This document shows, in pieces, positions 35,173 to 47,689 of a DNA stretch of 64,000 nucleotides; positions within the stretch are counted from its first letter, which is position 1, and every line of letters begins with the position of its first letter. This DNA is from Phoronis australis (Eukaryota; Animalia; Phoronida). The position numbers and the translations under genes are program-made. The DNA is taken from NCBI GenBank assembly GCA_002633005.1, contig NMRA01000103.1:940624-1004623 (forward strand), read 5' to 3'. The notes below the pieces were generated by a model. The model made no database searches, was not told the DNA's origin, and saw only the letters and a program-made list of their open reading frames with translations.

Positions 35173-35420
35173 TTTAGACCACTTGCCGTTATGAAATTGG
35201 TCTCAAATTGTTTCTCAGGTGATGGTGGTTACCGGGCTTGGAAAGAACCCACAATTCGTTATTACTGAAGGCGAGGCTCTACAAGTTGACTTGTCACGAC
35301 CGACTATTTGATTCGCCGATCATGATTTTGAGCGATAAAGAACTGTCGAGAGTTGCGAGAGTAAAAGATCACTTCTCATCAGAGTAAGGAACAAGATGAG
35401 ACCAATTTTATAGTGGTAAT
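35173..35420. mobile_element. MITE with TAGAC-type terminus (copy of 27053-27320)
   Basis: tagaccacttgccgttatgaaattggtctcaa ... tgagaccaattttatagtggta. Confidence 0.6.
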
Positions 35421-35425
35421 TCGTG

Positions 35426-35700
35426 TGAAGCCTTCATCAATGTGATGTCTTGCCGCTAGGTGTCGTTAGGCGTATTACACAGGTGTAAGCGCATCCTCGC
35501 CTCTCTTCATAGGATTACTTAAAGACAGCGTAAAACGGTCAAATGACTTTTGAATATGTTTATATGTATCCTTGATCAACACAAACGTATCATCTCTTCG
35601 TTTACCATTGACTTTACTCATAGGATCACCAACCACATGTGCAACTCTGTATTATGCCCAACGACACCTAGCGGAAATAGATCACACTGATGAAGGCTTC
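35426..35700. mobile_element. MITE with about 60-bp imperfect TIRs
   Basis: gaagccttcatcaatgtgat..ccgctaggtgtcgtt versus aacgacacctagcgg..atcacactgatgaaggcttc. Confidence 0.7.
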
Positions 35701-36712
35701 AGCCACGAAATAAGACAAGCAGAAAATGTTTGGTAATTTTTCAATTTATCTGAGGAAGAAAATATGAAATGTATTTATTCACATATATCAGACATCCTGC
35801 TGAGCCTATTTAGAGGTAATTGGTGTAAATTATAACTTAATTCCCGTATTCCGCACTTCCACTCTCGGCCGTGAGGTAAGATTATATTGATTGTACTACC
35901 GTGTGCACGACGGACTTCGCCGTCTTTTGTCCTTCAGAACCGTTGGGAAGGGGTTAAATGAGACATTCCGCGTCCATGGATATTATCCATCTTATCCTAC
36001 TTTCTTGAATCGCTATTGCAGCCCACGGCAGAGCAGTAATACTCTCCTGGCATGATGTAAATATGATATAAAAGATATTTTAAAGTATACGACAGATGCT
36101 AACATGTTAATCTCCATTGGAGCGAAAGCGAGGCTGCTGACTTGCATGCCGTATCTGGAGATGTGGTGCTATTTCATAACTCACGGGATGGGAGAGCAAT
36201 CAGTGCGTAAGGCGTGGGGGAAAGAAGTTTTATCGTCACTTAAACTTTTTGCCTTGTAAGCGCGAAAGCTGAAGAGGCAGATTAATAAGATGTGCCTGTC
36301 TGTTAGATAATATAATGATGAAAAATTTCAATTTCAAAACATATTTTTATTGTCAAACAAAATATGTAATCAGAATAAGTAAATAATTAACAATTAAGAC
36401 CTACACAAAACTAAAAAATTTGCAGTCTTTAAAACATTTAAATATGTGAATAAAGCAAAAATCATGAGAAACATCATGAGCGACAAAGAGACACCTTTGC
36501 ATTCGGAATGAAATATTTGTGTAAAATATTGAAGCGTGTCACTGTTTCTGCAGAATACGAATGTATACATTGGCACAAAATACTATCTAGGATGTTATTG
36601 CACGCAAAAAAACGACCCCATTGACCTTTTTGTACGTAAAAGAAACGTTTTATTGGCGAGATAACGCACGCTCGACTTCATTGTGGCGGAAACGGAAGTC
36701 TAAACCCTTTCA

Positions 36713-37043
36713 TTATTCTTCGCCAGAAAACGTCCCGCTGTCAGTGTCGCTCCACCTGACACGCGGTTGATATTTTGCGTTCAGATCTAAGAGTGCTCCT
36801 CTCGTGGGACTAGACGCCAAGTATTCAGCGTAGCTTTTCATGACGAATCGTTGTCTGCTGTCCCGTAAAAGTGGTAGCCAACAATACACAGACCGAAAAA
36901 GTACTTTGGACAACGTGTTGTAGCAGAGAGCTTCTTTAAATATAAACTCGATGAATGATCTTTGGTAATTCGCAAGTCCCAGTTCTCCTAAACATTTTAA
37001 CATTCTGGTAATGTGGTCATGACTTGTGTTTTCTTGGGAAGCG
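36713..37043 (-). CDS. OGFr-like terminal exon F
   Basis: ttacag|ASQENTSHDHITRMLKCLGELGLANYQRSFIEFIFKEAL...SGEE*; minus-strand AATAAA downstream near 36650 and 36348. Confidence 0.9.
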
Positions 37044-40000
37044 CTGTAATGGAAGTTTGTGCTTGATTACTTAATGGCGAACTGTGAACATACAACATAA
37101 AGGTGGTCACTTTTCTTTCATAAAAAGTTAATGTTCAACAAATGAAACTAGTCGTATATTATTTTCAAATATTCAACTATTACAGAAACGCACCACTTGG
37201 ACAAAAGCAATGGATTTTACTGCGGATAGACAGAAACCAAAGGACCGTCAGAGGTCGTACAGTAATTTTTGCGTCACCTCAGTGAGCCAGAAATAAAGTC
37301 TGCGAAATCGAGCATGAACTAGTCCCAATTCACTCGACATATTCTGATTCAGGTCATGCGCTCAGGTATATTGATGTACATACAGATGACTTGGAGAGGC
37401 AAAAGACACAGAAAGATGTTATATGAGTCATTGTGTTGCCGCAATATTTTGACCTCGGAAGCTCTCACTTCCGTCCGACCTTTCACAATATGGTAAAAAA
37501 TTACACTTTTGAGACTCAGTATTATCCAGGAGGCTTCATGTTGGTAGATGGCCTTTGCAGTTTATAGGTTTGACGACAATTTTGTAGACTAAATGAGAAG
37601 TGATTGCCACGAATGGCATTCAGTATTTCCCTGAAGTTGTTTTCTAGTAAACGAAGTCAAGAAATTTGGCCTCTGATCTTTACCAATCGGATTGAAACGG
37701 AAAACCCGGCATTTTCAAGGCACATCATTGTTTAGCAGGGAATTGTGACACGAATACAGGAACTCTTCATTCAGAAAATTGGAACTCGGCAAATACTTAC
37801 CTGGTGTTAATGACATTTAAGTTTCTGTGACCAGTTACACGAAACAGTCCGAAATAGGGACTCAATTAAGTTTCCTAAATCTCAGTACTGCGTACTCGTG
37901 GACTTGTGAAGGCACTGTGTTGTTTTAATTTCATTGCTAAGTCAATATTTGACTTTGATACAAAGAGACGTGAATTCTACGTTGAATTCTCAATATTATT
38001 AAAAGTAAGTATACGGATCTTTTCATTCCACGCCCGAACTTAAGGACTATGTCCCTTTTTGTTGGAATTAAGGGCTCAGATTTAGTTATATTATTAAAAA
38101 TGTAATCAGCCAAAGACGAGTTTACAATAGAAATATAATGGCAGTGAAAGGAAAAGATATATCTGTGAGTAAAGAACGACACGCATAAGCAAAAGATTTG
38201 AATATTGAAGTTAGTTGAGTCCCTGTTTCACACAACCGGACATTGGAGTATTAAGTTTAAGAGCATTTGGATTGGATTCTTGTCTCTTCTCTTGCACCGG
38301 TGCAGTCGTGAATTCATGATTTTATGTACAAAGAGACCAAATCGCAATTTTGAGTCATTTTTGGCATCATAAATACTTTTCAGTGGACGTGGCAATGCAA
38401 AAGACAAGGCTTTGAGAAACACCGACGAGTGCCTAAGTTATGAGTTTTTGTCTAGATGGCTTTTATTGACACTTATCAGTGATAACGTCAAAATCAGCCA
38501 CTCGAATTGTGGTCTTTGCCCTTCTACTGGAAATAGCACAAGTTGATACGATTGGCGAAGTACTGTCGCTTGATCATGAAACCGATGACCACCGCAGCTC
38601 CCTGATTGTATAGGAGGTTACTTTTACCACTGGTTAAAGTACAAACACGAACATAAAAGAGCTTAAGAGGACGTGTTGCCTTCGAAAATTGAAGAGGGGC
38701 ACCCTCTACGATATCCCAGATCTGCCAGAGGCCAGCGACCCTCCTCAGTGCTATGTCAAAACAGGATGGCAAAGGGAAACTGGCATTGGTCTCTGTAAAA
38801 TGACCCTTTACAACGTTGAGCTTGTAGCGAAAGCATATTGCTCAAAAGTGAAATTGTCACCGCTAGACTGGGAACACGAACCGTTGGTTCACGTGATGAT
38901 TCGACAGGCCAAGAACTGTTGTTTAACGACGACCGCCCTTTTCAGATTTCGTCTGCTGCATTTCAGTTTACATGTACTTTAAATATACTGAGTTTAAGGT
39001 TGTTTCAGTTGTAATAAGAATGCAGAACACTGCAGTGGTGGATACAGGATTGCGATCGTACGATCACACATCGAGGGTACTTTCTATACATCCACTGCAG
39101 GTATATAAAGCAGAGAATGTAGAACACCCTCTGGATCCTCGTCTGAGGTTTTGACCTCAGCAAACACCGAGAATGTTTACTTAGAACTGATCAGAGCATA
39201 CACATATAATATACATACCTGTTGATTGGTGGGAATCTGGCCCTCCAATTGAAAGCTCTTCCAACGGCACCCGTTTGCTCGTCAACCAACGTCATTCCAA
39301 AGAACCCAAGAAACAGTTTATAGGCACTAATTAATCGCTTCATAGCGTCTGGGTCTTGTTGCATTTTCTAGATGAAAACAAAAAACACACATTATTTTGC
39401 ATGTTCGCTATCTTAAGGCCCTTGTGCTGGCGCAAACCGATTGTTGGGCATAGTTAATCCGAATGTGTAAACGGTACAGTGGTCCGAATAGGAAAGTCAT
39501 GTAAAAACCAAGTACGGCAATCGGAGTGTGTGGACAAGACTTTTAAACATGGCACATTTTCTGCCTCGTTTTCATGCCGCTGGAGTTTCACACGATATTT
39601 GTTATTGTCTGATTCTTTACAGGTTTTTTTCGGTTGCATTACTCTATTCGCCAACGAAGTATTACTGCAGTGCTGTGGGCTGCAACTCCGACACGAGAAA
39701 GTTTGATAAACTGGACAAATACCCGTGGATACGTGATCTGAAATTCTTTGCCTTCCGACATCGGAGAGACACAAAAAGGTGTCTGATTTCCAAAACGAGG
39801 TCACGCGCTTTGCTATCTCCAGAACAAAGGAGAGTTTTATAGCCGTGTACTCAGGGATGACCCTATCACAACTGTTCAACGGGCATTGAGTCCGTCATTA
39901 TATGTGCGCAATGAAACTGAAATGCAGAAACTAGAGACGGGAAATTCATCATTATGTCATCTGCGTTACTTCATTATTGTTGCATGCACAGTTAAATTTG

Positions 40001-43000
40001 GCAAGGGGACAAAGACAACAGTTAAAATGTCTATAGATATTCTAGAATTGGTCTTTTTAGAGAAAAGACGTTCCCTCGCCCTATATTATATGTCAAGGAA
40101 CAACAAGTGGGGTCTGAATTCTATTTATTTTACAACCTCTAAACAGGCTTTATCACCCAACATCATGATGGGCGGCGCAGCACTGAAAAAAGTGGGGGGG
40201 GGGCTATTGCCTCCCAGCTCCCTGTGGTGCACCGCCCATAGACCATGGGCGGTGCAGCACTGAAAAAAGTGGGGGCTATAGCCTCCCCAGCCCCTTATGA
40301 TGCGCCGCCCATGAACATGCCAATGGGAATGATATACCCAAAACGGGAATGTGGAACGACAAACGGTGAAGGACTGGTTTATGAATGCAATAGTTATTAG
40401 CAGGCCACGAAAGCCCTGTGAGACCGGAGAGGCTGCTACACTGTCACGCAAAATTTGGTCTCAAAGCCCTTCAAGGTCGTCAAAATCGTGCTATAATTGT
40501 GGCGGAAACGCCATTTGTAGTCTTCCAGTTGCCAATAATAGCTGAATCACGGAGTTAGTTTCCAACAAGGTTCGTCCATTTTATTTGGAACGCTACGAGA
40601 ACGCTGTGAGGTCACGAAGTTGTTATAGGTAAGCGCTGTGACATCTCGGGAACTAACCACCACGCAGCACACACGTTGCAAATACACGGAGGAAGCTGTA
40701 ACATTTTCAACAGCGAATTTTGGATATCAAAGCCTGAAAACTACGTCTAAAATTTTACCTGTGATTCGTGTTTGTGTAATTCTTGAAAGAGGCCATTTTT
40801 TTCGTCATCTTCTCTAACTGGAAACAGCCTGTGAAAAGTAAAGTCAAGTAGTTTGAACATTCTCACTTACTGTTAACCGGTTTTTAATTTGAAGGAGTTG
40901 AATTGTCACAAATACATGCGCTGTTGCAGTTCAGTCAGTTTGTGTACAGAATTACTGATGAAACCGCTGAGTGCAATATTGAATAATTATGCTTTTATGT
41001 TCATTTCACGATGGTACAGTGTTACCTGTTTTTGTTTTCTACAAACAATAACAATTTTGCATTTGACTTAACTGTCCAATTCATTTTTGACTACCATTCC
41101 ACGAGATTGTGCGCTTAGTAAATGATAGAACTAAAATGCTTACCAGTTTACGACGCCACCAGCGGCTTCAATTCTGTCGTAATCCTCACACCAATGAGAC
41201 AGTATATTGTCAATTAACAAACCTGTAATCACAAAATTGGTCTCTTATTGTTTCTTATTCAAATTTGAGCAACAATTTCGGGACTTCGAAAGAGCTGACG
41301 TCATGCTTGAAACCTGGCTCTACTCTCTTGTCACAGCCAATTCTTTGTAAGTCCACTTCCCATTCTAGTGAGGAGTATTATAATAAATCCAATATTATAT
41401 GGGTAAGTGCTCAAGTTATCTTTCTTGCACAGAACGCAGGTTGATATTATGTAACATGCTCCATTATTCGAATACAAATTTGTAAATTTACTCGAAGCAT
41501 GCCACTGATGCTGTAGGTCCATTTTCCAAGAGCCCTGCATGGGCGGCGCCTCATGTCAGTGCGGCACCGCTCACGCCCAGCACTGAAATAAGTGTGAGGC
41601 TATAACCCCCCTCAGCCCCCTATGGTGCGCGCCACCCATGCCCTGGTGTCAAAAATTTATCAGGCATATTTGCTATTCCAAACTGAAGTTGATTCCACTA
41701 AAACTAACTACTCTATGAAAAGTCGAAATCAAGCCTACTAAACGTGACACAAAACTAGTTTAGGGGAAATAGAACGACAGTAATTTATGATCTATATGCA
41801 CTAATGTCTACCAAGAAAGAAAATATCAGAATTTGTCAGGTGCTGATTTCACCATATATCAGCAGGACTCCATGACGTGCACTCGTCTTCCTGGTACGAA
41901 AGTTTGGTTTAGATTCATGACTATTTAATTTATCCAATTCAGTACGCCATCATGGCATGAGTGTACAATATGGAACAACAGCAAGCCTGCCAACTTCTAA
42001 TGGAGACTCAGTTTTAAGGTCAAAGAAAGCAGATAGTTTGTAGCGCCGAACGGATATTTTAACTTTTCGGTTTCATCGCTTCCTAATGCTGTGAGATATC
42101 ACAGTGACATCATCGGATTAAATGGCGAAGTGTCAGCACAATTTCAGTTTCTTCAAACAACTTAATTTGCTGTCAAGAATTGGAATTGATCCATTTTCGC
42201 TGTCGAAACGAGGCTAGAGGAATTATTATTCCAGTATTTTCGGTTATACCACTGAACGCACATTCCGCTCAGAACTGATTTGTGGTATTGGTAACCATTG
42301 GCAGTTGCTACTTGCTCGGCGGCCAATGAAATGAACCATACGTTCTTTCCAAACTTAAAGAAATTCCGTCTAATCTGAAGGAGCAGTTTGAAATCAAAAC
42401 TTTTTAAAAACACATGTAGGCGTCTAGGGTGCTATTTAGAGTACTTGACCTGTTTCGCTTTAATTGATAACTCAATTTTAGTTATTTATTAATCTCCGCG
42501 TCAAGTCAACCTTTTCAAATTCTCAAATGAAAGTAATTTCACCGCAATTATTTTCCATGTCTACCATCTTCACAGTTATCACACGACCGTTCTTATCTAC
42601 AAAGCAGCTGAACTCTTTATTTCAGTGTTAGTTTTGTTCCGATAAAGGGTTTATCTTAATGCCGCCTGAAATCTTTAAGTTGATAAAACGTTTCCTTGTA
42701 ATGGTCATTCAATACACGCAATCTCTTTACGGCATTCAACACACTCCGATTGTCGCGTACGATTTTGTATACGTGTCGCATCACCTCTGTATACACTCAG
42801 ATAAGTCGGGCATTCACGACAGTCGTATGTGAAGTTTACGAAAAATCGGAGCGTGAAGACAAGGCCTGGGACCTGTTTCATGAAAAGTGACATAAATTTG
42901 TTTTTGCGCTCCACACAATTATTTTCGAAAAATAATCAAATCTCTTTGGAGCAAAATTGCAATGTCTCTGATTATATACACACAACAACTAGTTGCTAAA

Positions 43001-44204
43001 GATAATGTCTAAATTATTTGCTAGTCTGTGTACTCATTATTACTTGGCTGAGCCTTTCTTCAGCAAATTGAGAGCGTAAGACTACATTTCTGTCTCAATT
43101 CTTTAGTCACTTTAAATAAATCAACCCCTGGTGTTGTGTCTGTCTATATAACGTACCTTCAGGTTGGCAAGCTATCTGGTTTGTGTAGAACAGGTAATTA
43201 AGATTCTTGCTCGGGTCATCTGGTTTGTCCTGCAAAACAATGGCATTTGTTGATACATCTCAATCGTGATGGCAATCCTTGCGGGAAAATTTGTGTAAAT
43301 CCATCATTGGAAAATTCGGTTTTGAAACTCGTGTGAAAACTCAGATTGACTGCGAATGCCCAATTTTGTTAACATTCACGAGTGACAAAGAAGACCCGGT
43401 TTTGTGAGATTCTGTGTTATATTTCTGAATTACCGTGCACGTAAACTGGCCTTAGTTAGCAACTGCAAGGGAGTGAACTGTAGAATATGTAAATAAGGGA
43501 CCTTTGATTTTCAGCATTCCAACGACCAAATCACTTACAACAGATTTCAACACCGGTCGTAACCGACTCTCTAACCGCGGTCGTATGCGAGTCTCATCCA
43601 CGGTCGTAACCAATTTTCTACCCGCTGTGGCATGCGTTTATCATCGCCGGTCGTAACCGACTCTCTAACCCCGGTCGTATGCGATCGTCATCCACGGTCG
43701 TAACCCATTCTCTACCTGCGGCCGCATACGATCCTCCTCCCCGGTGGTAACCGATTCTCCTCTGACAGACGAGCAGGATCGCTGGACACCACATTTCGAC
43801 GAGAAGCATTAAGTCCGCAAGATGGACATATAAGAAGAGGGTTGGGCATACTCTGTGGTTACTTCGGCAATTCTTCACTTATTTAGCACACAACATGGCT
43901 GACTACAGACGCTCTATTTTGTGAAATTTCTCCACAAAAATAAAGATTAAGAAAATTTGTTGGTTTACTAGCATCGTTTGCACTATGTAAATATCGTAAC
44001 ACAACTTATGGTAAAATTTTCATTGTATACAGTAAGATGACCAGCATTTGAATCTGGAAAATGGCAGTTATGACAAATATTTTTTGTATGAAATAAGTTG
44101 AGAATTACCGAGAGAATGGACAAAGACGAACGACTGGGTGTATACCCACGTACGCAATAAGCAATTACCCTAATTAACACTCAAGATATCATGTCCTAAA
44201 TATG

Positions 44205-44270
<66 letters not shown>

Positions 44271-44659
44271 GAATGGTGAACGTATGGTCTCTGCAGCCCT
44301 TCAATATTATGCTGAATGTTAGACTGAAAAAATATCACCATGCAGCGCGAGTTATTTCCTCAACTGATAAAACATTTGTCATTTGGATAAGGAGATAAAT
44401 AACAAGCCAATATAATGATACGTGGATTAACGGCAGGTCAGTCCTGTTGTTATATAAATGTTTTCTGTACAGTTTATTACGAGGATTGCAGTTCTTACCG
44501 GATAGCCCATTCTATACAGCAGTTTATCATGAGGATTGCAGTTCTTACCGGATAGCCCATTCTATACAGCTCGACTTCAGCCTCCCATTTCGCCTGAACG
44601 CTACTATCATAGTGTTTTCTGAGCGAGTTTAGCCTAACATGGAGGTGGGATACGGGTAA
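36713..44659 (-). CDS. Opioid growth factor receptor (OGFr) domain protein, OGFR/OGFRL1-like; 6 exons, 5' end unresolved
   Basis: Exons 44549-44659, 43157-43229, 41144-41222, 40759-40828, 39219-39367 and 36713-37043 are all GT-AG and in phase (813 nt). Peptide: ELYRMGYP|DKPDDPSKNLNYLFYTNQIACQPE|GLLIDNILSHWCEDYDRIE..W|LFPVRE..QELHKHESQ|..KRLISAYKLFLGFFGMTLVDEQTGAVGRAFNWRARF..|..ITRMLKCLGELGL. This matches the recalled OGFr consensus (YRxxYP, NxxFYxN, WLFPxRE, AYxxxLGFYG, ITRxLKxLGELG). Confidence 0.88.
39219..39367 (-). CDS. OGFr-like exon E
   Basis: KMQQDPDAMKRLISAYKLFLGFFGMTLVDEQTGAVGRAFNWRARFPPIN|gtatgt. Confidence 0.9.
39645..39890 (+). mobile_element. Degenerate THAP-domain fragment (DNA transposon remnant) in an OGFr-like intron
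   Basis: PTKYYCSAVGCNSDTRK..KYPWIRDLKFFAF resembles a THAP N-terminus; frameshifted downstream. Confidence 0.5.
40164..40313. mobile_element. CATGGGCGGCGC-family MITE with 5-bp TSD AACAT
   Basis: TIR atgggcggcgca / tgcgccgcccatg; aacat on both sides. Confidence 0.75.
40759..40828 (-). CDS. OGFr-like exon D
   Basis: ttcacag|LFPVREDDEKNGLFQELHKHESQ|gtaaaa. Confidence 0.85.
41144..41222 (-). CDS. OGFr-like exon C
   Basis: ttacag|GLLIDNILSHWCEDYDRIEAAGGVVNW|gtaagc. Confidence 0.85.
41538..41640. mobile_element. CATGGGCGGCGC-family MITE with 5-bp TSD CCCTG
   Basis: catgggcggcgc ... gcgccacccatg flanked by ccctg on both sides. Confidence 0.75.
43157..43229 (-). CDS. OGFr-like exon B
   Basis: ttgcag|DKPDDPSKNLNYLFYTNQIACQPE|gtacgt. 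Confidence 0.85.
43553..43755. repeat. 94-bp tandem duplication built of GGTCGTAACC sub-repeats
   Basis: ccggtcgtaaccgactctctaacc at 43553 and 43647; third degenerate start at 43741. Confidence 0.85.
44217..44267. repeat. (TG)n microsatellite preceded by (TA)n
   Basis: Direct reading. Confidence 0.97.
44471..44570. repeat. 50-bp tandem duplication spanning a splice donor
   Basis: agtttat...gaggattgcagttcttaccggatagcccattctatacagc occurs twice. Confidence 0.9.
44549..44659 (-). CDS. OGFr-like exon A
   Basis: tttcag|LPVSHLHVRLNSLRKHYDSSVQAKWEAEVELYRMGYP|gtaaga. Confidence 0.7.
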
Positions 44660-47600
44660 CTGAAACGAAATATAGTTTAGCTAAGCAAAATGAAAATAGC
44701 TTAAATGCAACTGAATGACATTTCGTCATTCGTCAACTTATTCTGAACGATATCAGCAAAAAATCTTTGTAAACATTGACAAACAATCAGCACACTGTTG
44801 CAGGCCTACAGATTTGATTTTTTTTTTCAAACACTCTGAAAAAGTGCTTTATTTTTGAAAAAATATCTTGTCAGTTTCATATGTATGGATCTTGACACAA
44901 AACAAAACACAAACAAAACAAAAGATAATAAACCAGGGAGCACCTTTAAAGAGAAGGACTAGGACACATTTATTCAGTAGATTTTGTAACCAAATTTATA
45001 TACTGATCTCAAAATTTAGTGACGTAAATGGTATTCTTTTATTTTCTTCACATTTGAAGCCCGTACAAATTTGTTACATTCTCGATAGTCAAAAACAAGC
45101 AAAAACCAAAAGCAAATTTTCACTGAAACCAAATAAAAACATATACGTACATCAGTCTTTGATACTCCAATAATTTGCCCCATGGGTATAGCATGAACGT
45201 TTCTGTTAAAATATCTTTAACAACTTATTTATCTCGGTTGGAGTTAACCTTATATTCGGTACAACAGGAAAAAGCGTAGTATATGAGTTGATTCTATTGG
45301 ATGTCGCAGTCGCTGGAAATTCCGAGTTTGAACATACATGACGTCACCGACAGCCAAGTGGATGATAGGCGGCAATCGAACCAGGAATGATTTACGTGTC
45401 CCGGTCGAATCATTGCCACTGAGGTTCGAGGTCAGTTGGAGTTGACGATGCGGACACGAAATTGCAACCACACATAGATGCGATACCATCCATTAGCTCT
45501 GCCAAGTTACTCAAGTTACTCGTACTTGTTACTTACAAAACAGAGACACAGACAGGCGGACACAATCAGACGTTTCGTACGGATTCGCACAGACTATTTA
45601 GCATAGAATTGAGGATAATTCTGTTTATCTATACCCGCGTCACTTTATTTGATCGTGAAGGGGGGGGGGTGGCACTTCAGTAGGAAATTTCGACTTACGC
45701 TCAAGCGGGTTCGTATGACACAAAACAATTTCTTGGGGGTGCCTAGGTTCGTACTGATAGTCATACGATTGTTAGGCAATGGAAGTATCACGAATGAAGA
45801 CTGTAAAAAGGCTAGGGCTAACTTTGACTCATCCTACGAACTCTTATAAAATCCTACTGTGTAGTATGTGATTTTATTCTCGGTGTGTAAAGGCATACGG
45901 GAATACGGCGAAATAGATTTTTCGTTATATATTATGTTCCCGTGTATCGATGACCAAAGGCTTGCGTTGTCTCGGGTTTTCTCTCCAGAAACTTACTATT
46001 CGGAATGTAGTTCATGAACTCAGCCTGTCTGGGACAGTGGGTCAAAACTGAGGTCACAGTAGCCAGTCCTAACAGAAATTCCACCGCCTCTACGATGAGG
46101 AAGTTGTTCTGGAAGAAAGATACTACTGTGCCTTTTCATTCCCGACATAGTGACTACTTTCAGAAAAAAAATCAAATGAGTTTTAATTCAATTAAAATCA
46201 TTAGAATAAGCGATCCTTTGTCCACAGCCTGAATGTAACCAGTTTCTTAGTTAAATAGCGTAATTGTGGTTTGAAAATGATGATCCCTAGGCATGCTACC
46301 GGAAATTCCCACACGCGCACTCGGGTATAACCAATGAGATAAATCAGTGAAGCTCATTGGGTAGACCGTCCAACGAGCTATGACTATAGGTGGCAGTGGC
46401 TGACGTCAAATAATCTGCTGCAGATCGCCCACGCGCGTCCGTAGCAGGTGGATCGTAGGACACGTGTTGGAAACCAGCATATTTTTGCGACCATCAAATT
46501 TGGTGTCTATCACATTACGCCAGCTTATAGTTGCATTAGTTCTTCAAGTATCATACAGCCAGCAACTTCACCACAGGGGCACAGGGAGATCAGAGCCCCT
46601 TTCCTTCCGGGACACCGTTTTCAGGTGTTACGCTGACAGTTTTCTTTGGTGGTTGCCCACATCCTTACAACGTCCCAATCCGCTTGTACTAATTAAGCAA
46701 CTTTTCAATCACAGTGATCTTCACTCATAGTTCTACAGACAAATCTCTAATCACATTCGATGTTAATTAACGCGTATGTACGTGTACTCGAATCACTGCT
46801 TTGACTAAACCTCGACTCATGCTTGCATAAGCGTTCATTGAACACAAGAATCAAACGTCAAGAAATGTTCACCAGAATCTAACTTTAATAGAGTCAGGAT
46901 GCGAGACTAGGGACTGATCTAAAAAAAACATCTCTTCTTAGTGTGATTCAGTGATAAACCTTTAAAAGAAAATAAATGTTCGTTTTTGCGATTATAAGGT
47001 TTGCCAAAACACCGATTAGTCCAATTTTGCCATGGTATTTTGCGTTTTTCCTCATGGGTCTCTTTCTTGAAAGCGACTTAAAGGGGAGGCAATCGTTTTT
47101 AGCGCTGTTTTTTTTTTATTAAATTACGGTTTTCTTGTTATCCTAGTAGATAAGTGTACATATAACACTACCCCGAGTTCAGGACGCATTCGGCTTCGCA
47201 TAAACTAAAATAAAGCCGGACTGTATTGGTGGCTTTGATTGGAAACTTACTGAGTTGAATAACTTGTTGAAACTTTGAATATTGTTTTGCTGTAAAATAC
47301 ATAGACAGTTGTGTAACGAGTGACAGTTTGCTGTATAACCACGCTGATATGGCTTTGACAGGCTCAGCTAAATAGCCTCTTTCGGGGTTTTTGTAGCCGA
47401 ACTTTAAGTTGTCTCGTTGGTTCATGAAGCTTATCTGAATTTTGAAATAAATAACACTTCCACACATGAAACCATTTACCCATGGGCGGATCTCTTGGAA
47501 GTCAAGGCCGCCCTCGCCTGCTCTATAGGGCATAAGCAGGCATTTTTCATTCCAACATCGTGGTTTTAAAACTGAGAAAATTATCAGTCACCACTGCTCA

Positions 47601-47689
47601 TCCTAATTTTCATATCTTCCTCAGTGTATAACCGGGCTCAACTTTCATCACATTAATTGTAAATTATTTATTTCACTGAATGTTCTCAC

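Noticed and set aside
42162-42413. Candidate OGFr exon ending VQW
   Set aside because: Wrong phase and no family similarity; 41144-41222 fits far better.
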